From assembly GCA_020057405.1 (NCBI GenBank), contig JAGVFW010000001.1, forward strand, positions 1 through 33,305: a stretch of 33,305 nucleotides of DNA, given 5' to 3'. The notes beneath the pieces are model-generated. The model made no database searches, was not told the DNA's origin, and saw only the letters and a list, made by a program, of their open reading frames with translations. Origin of the DNA: an archaeon. Lineage in GTDB: Archaea; Micrarchaeota; Micrarchaeia; Norongarragalinales; UBA97. Positions within the stretch are counted from its first letter, which is position 1. Each line of letters begins with the position of its first letter. This document shows, in pieces, positions 7,535 to 16,287 of the stretch. Made by a program: the position numbers and the translations under genes.

Positions 7535-9009
7535 CCCTTCCAGTCTTTCAGCATCCTCGCAAACAGCCGCACGCCGACACCCGTTGCCCCGAGGCTAAAG
7601 TAAGGCTTTTCGCGTTCCGCCCAGCCGGTTCCGGCAATGTCGAGGTGCGCCCACTTAGTCTCGCCGACAAAAAGCTTGAGGAAGCTAGAGCCCGACATCA
7701 CGCCGGAATCGCCCATCGCACCGCCAATGTTCTTGACATCGGCAACCGTGCTCTTGACCTTCTCGTCGTAGTCGGCGTCCATCGGCATCATCCAGCAGCG
7801 TTCCCACTCGATCTCGCCTGCCTTCATAATCTTTTGCTGCAAGGCGTCATCGTTGCCCATCAAGCCGCTTCGCACGTCGCCCAACGCGACGAAGCACGCT
7901 CCCGTGAGGGTTGCAATGTCGATTACCGCAGTTGGCTTGAATTTCTCAACCGCGTAGGCAAGGGCGTCGGCCAACACGAGGCGGCCTTCGGCATCGGTGT
8001 TGAGAATTTCGATAGTCTTGCCATTCATTGCCTTAACGATGTCACCCGGCTTTGTCGCAGAACCGCTAGGCAGGTTTTCGGAGAGCGGGCAGACGCCCAC
8101 GACGTGCAACGGCAGCTTGAGGCGGCTTACTGCCGCCATGGCGCCAACTACGGCGCACGCGCCGCTCTTGTCGTGCTTCATCTTGTCCATGTTCCCGGAT
8201 GGCTTGATTGAAATTCCGCCCGAGTCAAAAGTAATGCCCTTGCCCACAAGCGCAATGGGCTTGCCCTTGGCTCCCTTGCCTTTGTACTCCATGACGACGA
8301 ACTTCGCCGGCTGCACGCTGCCTGCGGCAACCGAGAGGAACGAGCCCATGCCGAGTTTCTTGGCGTCGGCGGCATCAAGCACTCGGCAGGAAACGGAATT
8401 CACCTTGCAGTATTCTTGCATGCGCCTTGCGATTACGGCCGGCGTGGCGTTCGAGCCGCTTTCGTTGCTTAGCTCGCGCGCAAAGTTGGAGCATTCGGAG
8501 ACTATTGTCGCGTATTCAAGCGCCTGTTTTTCTTTCGGCGTTCTGCCGCCGATTACTGCAAGCGACTTGACGGGCTTTGCCTTTGCCTCGGGGTCGGTGA
8601 AGTACTTGTCGAATCGGTAGGCCCCTAGCATCACGCCCTCGACTGCGGCAATCGTGGCTTCAGCCGCGTCGACTTTGTCGGGGAGTGCAAACGCCACGCT
8701 TTCAACACAGAGCGCCATCGCGGTTGCCGCGAGCCTGCCGCCCGCCTGACGAAGCGAGTCGTTGTTCAAGGCCGGCCGCTTGCCAAGGCCAAAGAGCAGC
8801 ACGCGCTTTAGCTTGCCTGTTCCCCGAAGGAGAACCGCCGTGCCCGGCTTGCCTGAAAATTCTTTTTTGGAAAGAGCGGCAATCACGCCTCCTAGGATGG
8901 AGTCGGCCTTTGCGGCAATCGCTCCCGGCTTTTCGTCCTGGAAGACCGGGAGCAAAAGCAGTTCCGCGCCTTTTTCTAGAAATGACTTGTTTTCAGCAAT
9001 TGCGTGCAT
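7531..9009 (-). CDS. pepA: Leucyl aminopeptidase (peptidase M17)
   Basis: VGKGITFDSGG, MKHDKSG, NTDAEGRL, DIATLTGA, WAHLDIAG. SD-like GGTGG upstream of ATG 9009. Confidence 0.96.
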   Translation of the reverse strand: MHAIAENKSFLEKGAELLLLPVFQDEKPGAIAAKADSILGGVIAALSKKEFSGKPGTAVLLRGTGKLKRVLLFGLGKRPALNNDSLRQAGGRLAATAMALCVESVAFALPDKVDAAEATIAAVEGVMLGAYRFDKYFTDPEAKAKPVKSLAVIGGRTPKEKQALEYATIVSECSNFARELSNESGSNATPAVIARRMQEYCKVNSVSCRVLDAADAKKLGMGSFLSVAAGSVQPAKFVVMEYKGKGAKGKPIALVGKGITFDSGGISIKPSGNMDKMKHDKSGACAVVGAMAAVSRLKLPLHVVGVCPLSENLPSGSATKPGDIVKAMNGKTIEILNTDAEGRLVLADALAYAVEKFKPTAVIDIATLTGACFVALGDVRSGLMGNDDALQQKIMKAGEIEWERCWMMPMDADYDEKVKSTVADVKNIGGAMGDSGVMSGSSFLKLFVGETKWAHLDIAGTGWAEREKPYFSLGATGVGVRLFARMLKDWKG

Positions 9010-9086
9010 CAGAGACCACCACCGGTAATAAGGTTTTAGCATTAGTTAAGCCGAAGAGTTAAAAAAAGGGTTCGCCAAAGCAATTC

Positions 9087-9587
9087 ATGACAAAAGCGTA
9101 TTCCGATAGGCTTGACGACGCGGTAGGCATTCCCGACGTCTTCGAAGTAGTCAAGCTCGTTGTCGAAGAGACCCTCGGCGCCAGGCGCGCGGGGCTGATG
9201 CTTGGCATGTCCGAACTTGGCGCAGACGGCGCGTTCGTGGGCGCCTACTACCCTATCGAGAGCAACATCATCGTCGTCAACAAGTCGCCAATCGAGCGCA
9301 TCAGGCGCGCCAAGCCCAAGCTCCTCAAGCCCTACTACTTCCACGTCCTGCTCCACGAGTACCTGCATTCGCTTGGCGTCTACGACGAGTGGCAGACGCG
9401 CTCGCTGGCCCTCGAAGTGAGCGAACGCGCCTTTGGCGGCAACCACATGGTGACGCGCATTGCAAAGGACTTCAACGCGTTCTTCACTGGCCTGATGTTT
9501 GCGACAAAAGACTACAACCCGCCGGCCGATGCTGCAATCGAGCTTGTCAAGGGCTTCGACAAGGCGCACCTAAGCTACTTTTCGTAA
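9087..9587 (+). CDS. Conserved archaeal zincin-like (HExxH) protein
   Basis: FVGAYY..SNIIVVN and HVLLHEYLHSLG.YDE motifs. Confidence 0.75.
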   Translation: MTKAYSDRLDDAVGIPDVFEVVKLVVEETLGARRAGLMLGMSELGADGAFVGAYYPIESNIIVVNKSPIERIRRAKPKLLKPYYFHVLLHEYLHSLGVYDEWQTRSLALEVSERAFGGNHMVTRIAKDFNAFFTGLMFATKDYNPPADAAIELVKGFDKAHLSYFS

Positions 9588-9644
9588 AGCCGGCGAAAAA
9601 GGTTTTTTAAACTCCCTGCGGCCCATTGTTAGCAGGTGATTTTA

Positions 9645-10034
9645 ATGCCACTTAAGCTCGACAGGACTTTCAGCAAAATTTCGCCGATTGAAGTTGGCGG
9701 AAGCAAGGACGGTTACGAACTTCAGCACGTGAAGTTCATGCACAAGCCACTAATTGGAAGAGAGCGGGAACTTGGCGTCCTCGTCGTACTGCACCCGCGC
9801 GAGCAGGGCATGATTAACCGCAGGGCGCAGGTGCTCGGCTTTGCCCAGGAAGCCGATTCAATCAAGCACAACGAGCGCGCAGCCTACAGTCCAGCGGAAA
9901 TTAAGGGAAAGCTCAAGGCGGCGGTCATCAAGGCCGTGATGGAAAACACTTTTCAGCCAGCGGCGTCGATAATCTTCAACCCCAGCTTGACGATGCGCAC
10001 CAAAAAGGAAGAAGGCGAAGAAAAGAAAGAGTAG
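9645..10034 (+). CDS. Hypothetical protein
   Basis: ORF with SD AGGTGA before ATG 9645 and TTTTTTAAA at about 9603-9611. No recognisable motif. Confidence 0.65.
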   Translation: MPLKLDRTFSKISPIEVGGSKDGYELQHVKFMHKPLIGRERELGVLVVLHPREQGMINRRAQVLGFAQEADSIKHNERAAYSPAEIKGKLKAAVIKAVMENTFQPAASIIFNPSLTMRTKKEEGEEKKE

Positions 10035-10108
10035 CCCGGCTTCTGAAATCCAGCGCGACAGGCTCGCGCTATTTATTTTTATTTTCGGATTAGCTTGCGC
10101 TCTAGCCC

Positions 10109-10699
10109 TTAGCTCGGGTAGGAAATCGTTGAGCCATAGCCGAAGACGCCCATGGTGTTGTCGGAGGGCGAGTACTTGTCGTTCATTTCCTGCGTAATCC
10201 GGATTGCGCCGGTCCAGTCATTCGTCGTGAAGAAGAAGTAACGCCTGTCCTTTTTGTGTTCCTTGATTTCGGGGTTGTAGAACGTCATGCCTGCGGTCAC
10301 TAGCCGCGTGAAGAACTCCCCGCAGGATGGTAATTCGGGGTGGATGCAGGTGGCGTAGTAAGTGCCAGTCAGGCTGCCTACCGGCTGGATGCGGGGCGGG
10401 AAGTCGGGTGCCGGAGTGGGTGCTGCAGTTGGTTCCGGCGTTGCCGTCGGCTTTGCAGTGGGTTTTGGAGTTGCCTTGGCCGTCGGCTCAGGAGTCGCAT
10501 CGCCTGCGGCGGGAGTGGCATCAGAAGTCACAGATGAGGGTAGAGAGAAAAGCGAGTCGGAAGGAACTTCGATTTCCTTTACGTCCTTGGCATCATTGCC
10601 TTCAGAAGTGATTACGGCCCCTGCGCCAGAATTGTTGCCCCCTAGGCAGCCGAACAATAGCAATCCTGCTACGGCCAAGGCGAGTATGAGTGGGCGCAT
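10109..10699 (-). CDS. Lipoprotein with P/T/A-rich linker
   Basis: MRPLILALAVAGLLLFGC lipobox; TPEPTAKATPKPTAKPTATPEPT linker. Confidence 0.8.
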   Translation of the reverse strand: MRPLILALAVAGLLLFGCLGGNNSGAGAVITSEGNDAKDVKEIEVPSDSLFSLPSSVTSDATPAAGDATPEPTAKATPKPTAKPTATPEPTAAPTPAPDFPPRIQPVGSLTGTYYATCIHPELPSCGEFFTRLVTAGMTFYNPEIKEHKKDRRYFFFTTNDWTGAIRITQEMNDKYSPSDNTMGVFGYGSTISYPS

Positions 10700-10725
10700 A
10701 AGTCATTTAGTGGAAATAATGCGCT

Positions 10726-10989
10726 TTAAACCTTTCGCCCGGGCTCAAGGGCGAGCGCCTTTGCCCTAGAGTACCTGTAGAAGAGCGTGACGGCAAAGGC
10801 CGGCACTGCCGCGATGCCGAAGAGGACGACTAAGACGACTAGCAGGAGGAAAAAAATAGGGAGCGAGCGTTTTTTTTGAGTGAAAAAGAGGGTGATTGCG
10901 GCTGAGGCTGCAAACGAGGCGAGTAGCCAAAAAAAGTTTGCCTGTGGCGTTGCAAGCGCGGGCCAAACGTTTTCAAAAGCCACTTGCAC
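10726..10989 (-). CDS. Small membrane protein
   Basis: Hydrophobic 3' part of ORF 10726..11100. GTG 10989 directly follows the stop of the upstream gene; 2-3 transmembrane segments. Confidence 0.55.
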   Translation of the reverse strand: MQVAFENVWPALATPQANFFWLLASFAASAAITLFFTQKKRSLPIFFLLLVVLVVLFGIAAVPAFAVTLFYRYSRAKALALEPGRKV

Positions 10990-10990
10990 T

Positions 10991-11389
10991 CTACTCCGTG
11001 ACAATCGCATTGCACCACTCGACTGCCTGGGGTGCGCCCGCTGAAAAGCCGGTAGTGCCTTTGGTGGCGAAGAGACTGCAGTCGGACGCGCGGTCGACAC
11101 CTAGCTGCACCAACTGCTTGCAGGCAACTCGCTTTGCAAGTGGCATCGAATCGCAGGCGCTTAAAACGTCGCCCGCCCGCATGTCGAGGATTTGAATGCA
11201 GCCTTGCGGGGAAGTCGGCGCCGCCAGCTCGAACTGACCCGCTTCGTCGGTCGTGCACAATAGCGCCGGCACGGTCTTAGCAAGCAGTTGTCCCGTCTGC
11301 TGGGAGACCGCGTAGCTTGCCGCAGTCGCAGCTATGAGGGCAACCAGCCCGATTGCAGACAGCGCGTAAGCAACGTGGTTTTCGTCCAT
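10991..11389 (-). CDS. Membrane-anchored or secreted Cys-containing hypothetical protein
   Basis: N-terminal hydrophobic helix and six Cys in the soluble part. Confidence 0.65.
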   Translation of the reverse strand: MDENHVAYALSAIGLVALIAATAASYAVSQQTGQLLAKTVPALLCTTDEAGQFELAAPTSPQGCIQILDMRAGDVLSACDSMPLAKRVACKQLVQLGVDRASDCSLFATKGTTGFSAGAPQAVEWCNAIVTE

Positions 11390-11434
11390 GATTAGCGTTT
11401 TAAGCCCCTTCCCGTGATTTATTACTGTAAGTTT

Positions 11435-12235
11435 ATGGACTTCGAACTATTACTCGCATCTCCGGCCCGGTTGCTTAGCCGCAGCCCAGCGCTCGCGCTT
11501 CCCGGCGTGCTAACTTGGATTCCGGAAGCTGCCGTTCTTTTGCTCATAACCGCGTTTATTTCGGCAAACCCGGAGTTGCTTGAACCCGACGTCATGGCGC
11601 TATTGCTTCAAAACTTTTCTTTCACCCCCGCGTTTCTCGCTCCGTTCGCCCCGCTTTTAGCCGCCGGCCTGGTAACCGGCGTCGCGTGGGTTTTGATAAC
11701 TGGTTTTGTTGGCCTAGTGTACTGCGGCATTGCACAGTCCGCTTCAAAGCCATCCCTTTCCGACGGTTTCTCGTTTGCAAAATCGCGGCTGAAGAAATAC
11801 TTGGGCGCGTGGCTTGCGGTTGCACTAGTTGCGTCAGTGACGGGTGCGGCCGTCGTGCTGCTGGCACTTCCGCTGGCCGGCCTGGTTAATTCAAGCCCGT
11901 TTGTCGCAGTTGTTTTGGGAATGCTCCTGCTCTTCTTTGCACTCGGCGCGCTTTTGTTTTTCTCGCTTCTGTTCTGGCTCTTGCCTGCGCTAGTCGCTTT
12001 TCGGCAAGCAAGCGGTTTTGGCGCGTTTTCGGAATTCTACGGCGTTGCAAGAAGCAGGCCGTCTGCAGTTGCAGTCGGCTTTATCGCAATCGCGGTCGTG
12101 TCTTTTGCCGCGGGTCAGTTAACGGGTGCGCTCTCGGCGCTTCAGGTCGTCGGCTACGCGATTGCCCACGTGCTTTTCCTGCCCCTAACGGGCTGGAGTT
12201 CCCTAGTGGCTGCGCTCGTTGTCATGAAAAAATAA
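11435..12235 (+). CDS. Polytopic membrane protein of unknown function (about 5-6 TM)
   Basis: Strongly hydrophobic. The pattern SLSDGFSFAKSR...GFGAFSEFYGVAR is typical of DUF975/GDPD-membrane-domain-like proteins. Confidence 0.75.
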   Translation: MDFELLLASPARLLSRSPALALPGVLTWIPEAAVLLLITAFISANPELLEPDVMALLLQNFSFTPAFLAPFAPLLAAGLVTGVAWVLITGFVGLVYCGIAQSASKPSLSDGFSFAKSRLKKYLGAWLAVALVASVTGAAVVLLALPLAGLVNSSPFVAVVLGMLLLFFALGALLFFSLLFWLLPALVAFRQASGFGAFSEFYGVARSRPSAVAVGFIAIAVVSFAAGQLTGALSALQVVGYAIAHVLFLPLTGWSSLVAALVVMKK

Positions 12236-12240
12236 ATTGT

Positions 12241-12256
12241 GGCCTCATCTGAGGCC
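12241..12256. terminator. Inverted repeat between convergent genes
   Basis: GGCCTCA-TC-TGAGGCC between the stops at 12235 and 12270. Confidence 0.35.
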
Positions 12257-12269
12257 GTCTAAAATCAGC

Positions 12270-12680
12270 TTACTTCTTTTCTTCGGCTTTCTTCTCGCCT
12301 TTGGGCTTTGGGGCAAATCCAAGCGCGTCGAGGGCAGCAGTGCCGTATTCGACAATCTTGGTGTTGACCTGCATTGTCGCGGCTGCAATCGTGTTGCCTG
12401 CAACTAGCTTCTTGCGCTTCTCGCCTTTTCGCAGGCTGCGCACGCCGGGGCCGTAGCCGAGCACGGTCTTCACGCGTTTTTGTCCGGGCACGTCGTTTCG
12501 CATGGGGAAGCCCGCGATGTCGCTGCCGCCCGTAATCTGCACCTTGTAGCCAGCCAGCCCAATGATGTCGCCGTCAATCTTCTCGCCGATTTTCTTGCCG
12601 AGCAAGAGCGCTTCCTTTTCCTTGGGAACTTCCTTTTGGTAGGTGTTGCCTGTCTTGCCGTCGCTTACGTTCATTCTCAT
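12270..12680 (-). CDS. rps6e: 30S ribosomal protein S6e (eS6)
   Basis: VSDGKTG.TYQ, LLGKKIGE, ITGGSD.AGFPMR.DVPG, GEKRKKLVAGN, QVN. SD GGTGA. Confidence 0.97.
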   Translation of the reverse strand: MRMNVSDGKTGNTYQKEVPKEKEALLLGKKIGEKIDGDIIGLAGYKVQITGGSDIAGFPMRNDVPGQKRVKTVLGYGPGVRSLRKGEKRKKLVAGNTIAAATMQVNTKIVEYGTAALDALGFAPKPKGEKKAEEKK

Positions 12681-12757
12681 CTCAAATCACCGTCGCTCCA
12701 GTTACACTGCGTCCCGTCCCCTCTTCGGGGGACAGTCATCTGGCAGAAAGAGCCTAA
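12681..12757 (-). promoter_or_regulatory. Structured 5' leader of rps6e with K-turn-like motif
   Basis: Minus strand CUGC-CA-GAU-GA-CUGUCCCC-cgaaga-GGGGACGG-GA-C-GCAG. TATA-like TTTTATT at about 12785-12779. Confidence 0.4.
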
Positions 12758-12808
12758 GACTAATTAGGGCGGGGAAGGAATAAAAACCGCTTTTTGGGGC
12801 ACGGGAGT

Positions 12809-13537
12809 TCACTCCTCGGGCACTAGGCCCAAAATTCCGTCTACTTTCAAGGAAACGCGGTCGTCAATGTGGCGCATGGCTTCGCGAAAGACCTCGGCCT
12901 TCTCTTCCCCGATTAGGGCGCCTAGCTTTTGCTCGTGCAGCAGTAATATGATTTCGAGCTCGTCCTCTATTTCCCCGTACTCTATTGGAGCCCGCTCCGC
13001 CTTGTATTTTTTGAACCACTGGAGCCGATTGTAAATACTTTTCCTCGCATCGTCAATGTCTTCGCGTTCAAAGCCGTGCTTCTCGCCTATTTCCTCTGCC
13101 CACCTGCCGTTCTTTGCGGGATCGAGGTGGTCAAGCGCGTGTGCATACACGTTCTTGGCAGTTGCGACCTGCACGCCGAGGTTGTATGCGCACTGGGATC
13201 TCAGGTTTTGTATGCCTATGTCCGCCGCGTACCACGTGTAGAACTGGGGAGCCTCGAACTGTTTTAGCCCAACTGCTTTGACAAAGTGGCTGCCTAGGGC
13301 CGCCTTGAGCTTGTCAAAACCTGCGGCGTAAACGTGAGCAATTGCCACGGAGGTTTCGGAATCGATTAGCTTGTGTTTCCTTGCCGCATCGACGTCAGCA
13401 AGCAGGACTCGGCGATCCTCCATCCGGTTCGGATCAAAAATCGTCGTCAGGTGTTTTGGTGAAATGCTGCGCAAGTGGTCGTCAGATAATTTTCCGAATT
13501 GCCGCATAAGCTCTCTACGCGCCAAGTTGCTTACCAT
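12809..13537 (-). CDS. Hypothetical helical protein; apparent paralogue of 30658..31356
   Basis: 242-aa ORF starting 3 nt after the infB stop. Aligns by eye with the protein at 30658. Confidence 0.75.
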   Translation of the reverse strand: MVSNLARRELMRQFGKLSDDHLRSISPKHLTTIFDPNRMEDRRVLLADVDAARKHKLIDSETSVAIAHVYAAGFDKLKAALGSHFVKAVGLKQFEAPQFYTWYAADIGIQNLRSQCAYNLGVQVATAKNVYAHALDHLDPAKNGRWAEEIGEKHGFEREDIDDARKSIYNRLQWFKKYKAERAPIEYGEIEDELEIILLLHEQKLGALIGEEKAEVFREAMRHIDDRVSLKVDGILGLVPEE

Positions 13538-13540
13538 CGT

Positions 13541-15304
13541 CTACGCCCTAAGCCCCTTGAGCACCTTGATTTCCTTAAGCAGCGCGAAGTCTTCAGGCGA
13601 GAGTGTCGCCTTGTACTTGCCCTCAAGTGCCAGCTGGTCGTCCTTCGGCACGTTGACATAGAGCACGTCCCCATCGTGCAATTGCCTGCCGAAAACCGGG
13701 CCTTCGATGCTCACCGCAACCTGCTCGCCCATCTTCGCCTCGCCGACGGATTCCTTGTCGCGCTGGATTTGCTTTAGCTCGCCGACTTTGTTGCCCTCGC
13801 TGTCAAGCAATTCCGAGTTGGACTTTAGCGTCCCCTGCATTACTTCGACGCCGACCACGCAGGGCTTGCTCACGCGGAAGCAGTGGTGCGGAAGAATCTT
13901 GATTTTTGCGGGCAGGATGAGCGTACTGAAGGCCTCGCGCTTGTCGCGGCTCTTCTCTTCCTCAATCCAGCGCGTGTAGCCCTCGACGAGCCTGTAGATT
14001 ATCTTCTCGTCAAAGACTTTTACGTTCTGCTCTTCCGCCATCCGCATCACGTCGTCGGGAATATGCACGTTAAATGCCAAAAGCGCGCCCAAGAACCTCT
14101 CTTTTTCGCCAACCGAGGCGGCTTCGTGGATGTCTTTTTTGGTTGGCGTGCCGACAGACGCGCTTCGCACCGGGATTTTCTCGGCCTCAAGCATTTTGGT
14201 TATCGCCTCGACGCTGCCAAGGGCGTCTGCGTAGAGCACGACGCCGTTCTTGCTTGAGGAAAAGAGGATTTCCTTGATTTCGGCCTCGAGTTCCTCGCGC
14301 GCGGCCGCCCTGGCCTCTTGAGTGCGAACGACGAACAGCTCGCTTCCTGCAAGGGCGATGTCAGCGCCTTCGCAGGCAATCTTGACGCCCGACGCTGCAA
14401 CGGCTTCGCTGACGGGCTTGAATTTTTCGCTCGTGTCGCGCATTTCAGCAAGCGGGTTGGGCTTTAGCAGCGCTTTTACCTTGCTTTCGACAACGCCGTT
14501 CATTCCCGCAAAAATAATGGGGTCATTTACCGCAATCGTGCCGCCATAGAGGATGCAGTCGAGCGTCTTGCCTAAGCCTTTCTCGTCTCGCACCTCGAGA
14601 ATGCTGGCGCGCCCTGCCTCCTGTGCCTCTAGCGTGAGCTTGCCTTCCAGGAACCTCTGCGCCAGGCCAGAGACGAGCACAAGAAGTTCCGGCAAGCCCT
14701 CGTGCGTGCGGGCGCTTACCGGCACCATGACTATTTGTTTAGTAAAGTCGCCCACGCGGTCGTACCGCTCGGCGCTAAAGCCGTGGTTGTAAAGGTCGCC
14801 GATTATCGTGTACGTTTTCTCGTCAAGAGCCGTGAGAACGTCGTCGCGCTGCACTTTCGCAGATTCGCCGAAGCTCTTTCCCGCTTGGGGAATCCACCCG
14901 CTGATCGCGTCAATCTTGTTTAAGGCAACGACAAAAGGCGTCTTGTACTCGCGCAAGATGTTTATTGCCTCGACAGTCTGGGCTTCGATGCCTTTAGTCA
15001 CGTCGATGACTAGGATTGCGATGTCCGCGATGCTGCCCCCGCGCCGCCTCAGGTTGGCGAATGCCTCGTGGCCCGGAGTGTCGATGAAGAGGAGGCCCGG
15101 AATCGTCAAGCTGATGTGCATAGTGCCCAATAGCGGCCCGCACACCTTCTTGATTACGTCAACGGGAACTTCGCTTGCGCCCACGTGTTGGCTGATGCCT
15201 CCGGCCTCTATCGAGGTGATGCGCGTGTTGCGGATTGCATCAAGCAAGCTAGTCTTGCCGTGGTCAACATGGCCTAAAGTTGTTACAATTGGCTGGCGCA
15301 GCAT
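13541..15304 (-). CDS. infB: Translation initiation factor IF-2 (aIF5B)
   Basis: LRQPIVTTLGHVDHGKT, IDTPGHEAF, NKID, ADALGSVEA. Short archaeal form. ATG 15304 has SD GGGTG. Confidence 0.98.
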   Translation of the reverse strand: MLRQPIVTTLGHVDHGKTSLLDAIRNTRITSIEAGGISQHVGASEVPVDVIKKVCGPLLGTMHISLTIPGLLFIDTPGHEAFANLRRRGGSIADIAILVIDVTKGIEAQTVEAINILREYKTPFVVALNKIDAISGWIPQAGKSFGESAKVQRDDVLTALDEKTYTIIGDLYNHGFSAERYDRVGDFTKQIVMVPVSARTHEGLPELLVLVSGLAQRFLEGKLTLEAQEAGRASILEVRDEKGLGKTLDCILYGGTIAVNDPIIFAGMNGVVESKVKALLKPNPLAEMRDTSEKFKPVSEAVAASGVKIACEGADIALAGSELFVVRTQEARAAAREELEAEIKEILFSSSKNGVVLYADALGSVEAITKMLEAEKIPVRSASVGTPTKKDIHEAASVGEKERFLGALLAFNVHIPDDVMRMAEEQNVKVFDEKIIYRLVEGYTRWIEEEKSRDKREAFSTLILPAKIKILPHHCFRVSKPCVVGVEVMQGTLKSNSELLDSEGNKVGELKQIQRDKESVGEAKMGEQVAVSIEGPVFGRQLHDGDVLYVNVPKDDQLALEGKYKATLSPEDFALLKEIKVLKGLRA

Positions 15305-15380
15305 TTCAAGCACCCGTTTGCGCGAAAATAGTTCCGCGAAATATTATGCCCGCGCCGCGTTAAAAAGAGGGTATGTGCAA

Positions 15381-16286
15381 TCAGCGGGCGAGGGCGCGGC
15401 GGTCAAGCTCGGCTTCCTGCGATTCAAGCTGGCGGACCGTGTAGTAGAAGAATGCAATCAAGAGAAGCGCGAGCAGGAGAAGCAGCCACTCGAATGAGAA
15501 GTTTGTCAGGCCAAGGGTGAAGAATCCGCTTAGCGGGCCGAAGAGTCCGCCGCTTCCGCCTCCGTTGCCGCCGCCATTGCCGTTGCTCCCGCCGTTGCCG
15601 CTACCGCCGCCGTTTGCGCAGTAGACTTTCTCCAGCTCGGCAGTTGCGCTGGCTGAAGACTTAGCGCCGTTTGCGGTAAGCACGAGGGTCTGGCCACGGC
15701 TTGCGTCGTCAACCTTCACGCGAAGGATGACGCCCGCGCTTTTCCCTGCGGGGACGTTGAACTCACGTTCGGAAATGGAGTACTCGGAGCCAAGCAGGTT
15801 GGTTTCAAACGAACCCTTCTCTGCTTCAAGCCCCGCGTTTGTGAGCGTAAAGTCGTATTCGCTCTCGCCGCAGGCGAAAGACGACTTGTCAAGCCGGAGC
15901 GCCAGCTTGCTGCACTGAACTACCTTGATTACGCCGGCTTCGGGAGCCTGTTCCCCGGAAACGGTATCGATAAACTTGGCTGCGATTGAGGCGTAGCCCT
16001 CGCGCGCGTCGCAGCTTGAGGCGATGAAAATGTTGCGGATTTGGCGCGAGCCTGCTGGTGAAGAAAACGAGTTGCTTTCGGGAACGGTGACGAGTCCGGT
16101 CGAGCCGCGCGTTTCAAACGACACTGCCGCGTCCGTCTTGCCGTCGTTGTTTATTGCAATCGGGATTACAGCAGAGTCGCAGCTGCAGATTGTCACCTGC
16201 TTTTGCCCGACGAACTCTGCCGAGAGTGCGAAAGCCTGCGAAGAGGCAAGGACAAAAATCGCCAGCGCCAGGAATGCCGCCTTCAT
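15381..16286 (-). CDS. Secreted surface protein with two Ig-like domains, Gly/Asn linker and C-terminal TM anchor
   Basis: Signal peptide MKAAFLALAIFVLASSQAFA; NGGGSGNGG linker; LSGFFTLG followed by a TM helix. Confidence 0.85.
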   Translation of the reverse strand: MKAAFLALAIFVLASSQAFALSAEFVGQKQVTICSCDSAVIPIAINNDGKTDAAVSFETRGSTGLVTVPESNSFSSPAGSRQIRNIFIASSCDAREGYASIAAKFIDTVSGEQAPEAGVIKVVQCSKLALRLDKSSFACGESEYDFTLTNAGLEAEKGSFETNLLGSEYSISEREFNVPAGKSAGVILRVKVDDASRGQTLVLTANGAKSSASATAELEKVYCANGGGSGNGGSNGNGGGNGGGSGGLFGPLSGFFTLGLTNFSFEWLLLLLALLLIAFFYYTVRQLESQEAELDRRALAR

Positions 16287-16287
16287 T

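Noticed and set aside
7645-8620. Long antisense and alternate-frame ORFs over pepA (similar ones over infB and the surface proteins)
   Set aside because: Shadow ORFs expected from GC-rich codon bias opposite well-supported genes.
12241-12256. Shared TGAGGCC arms with the palindrome at 71-90 as a dispersed repeat family
   Set aside because: Only two short instances with opposite arm order; could be chance.
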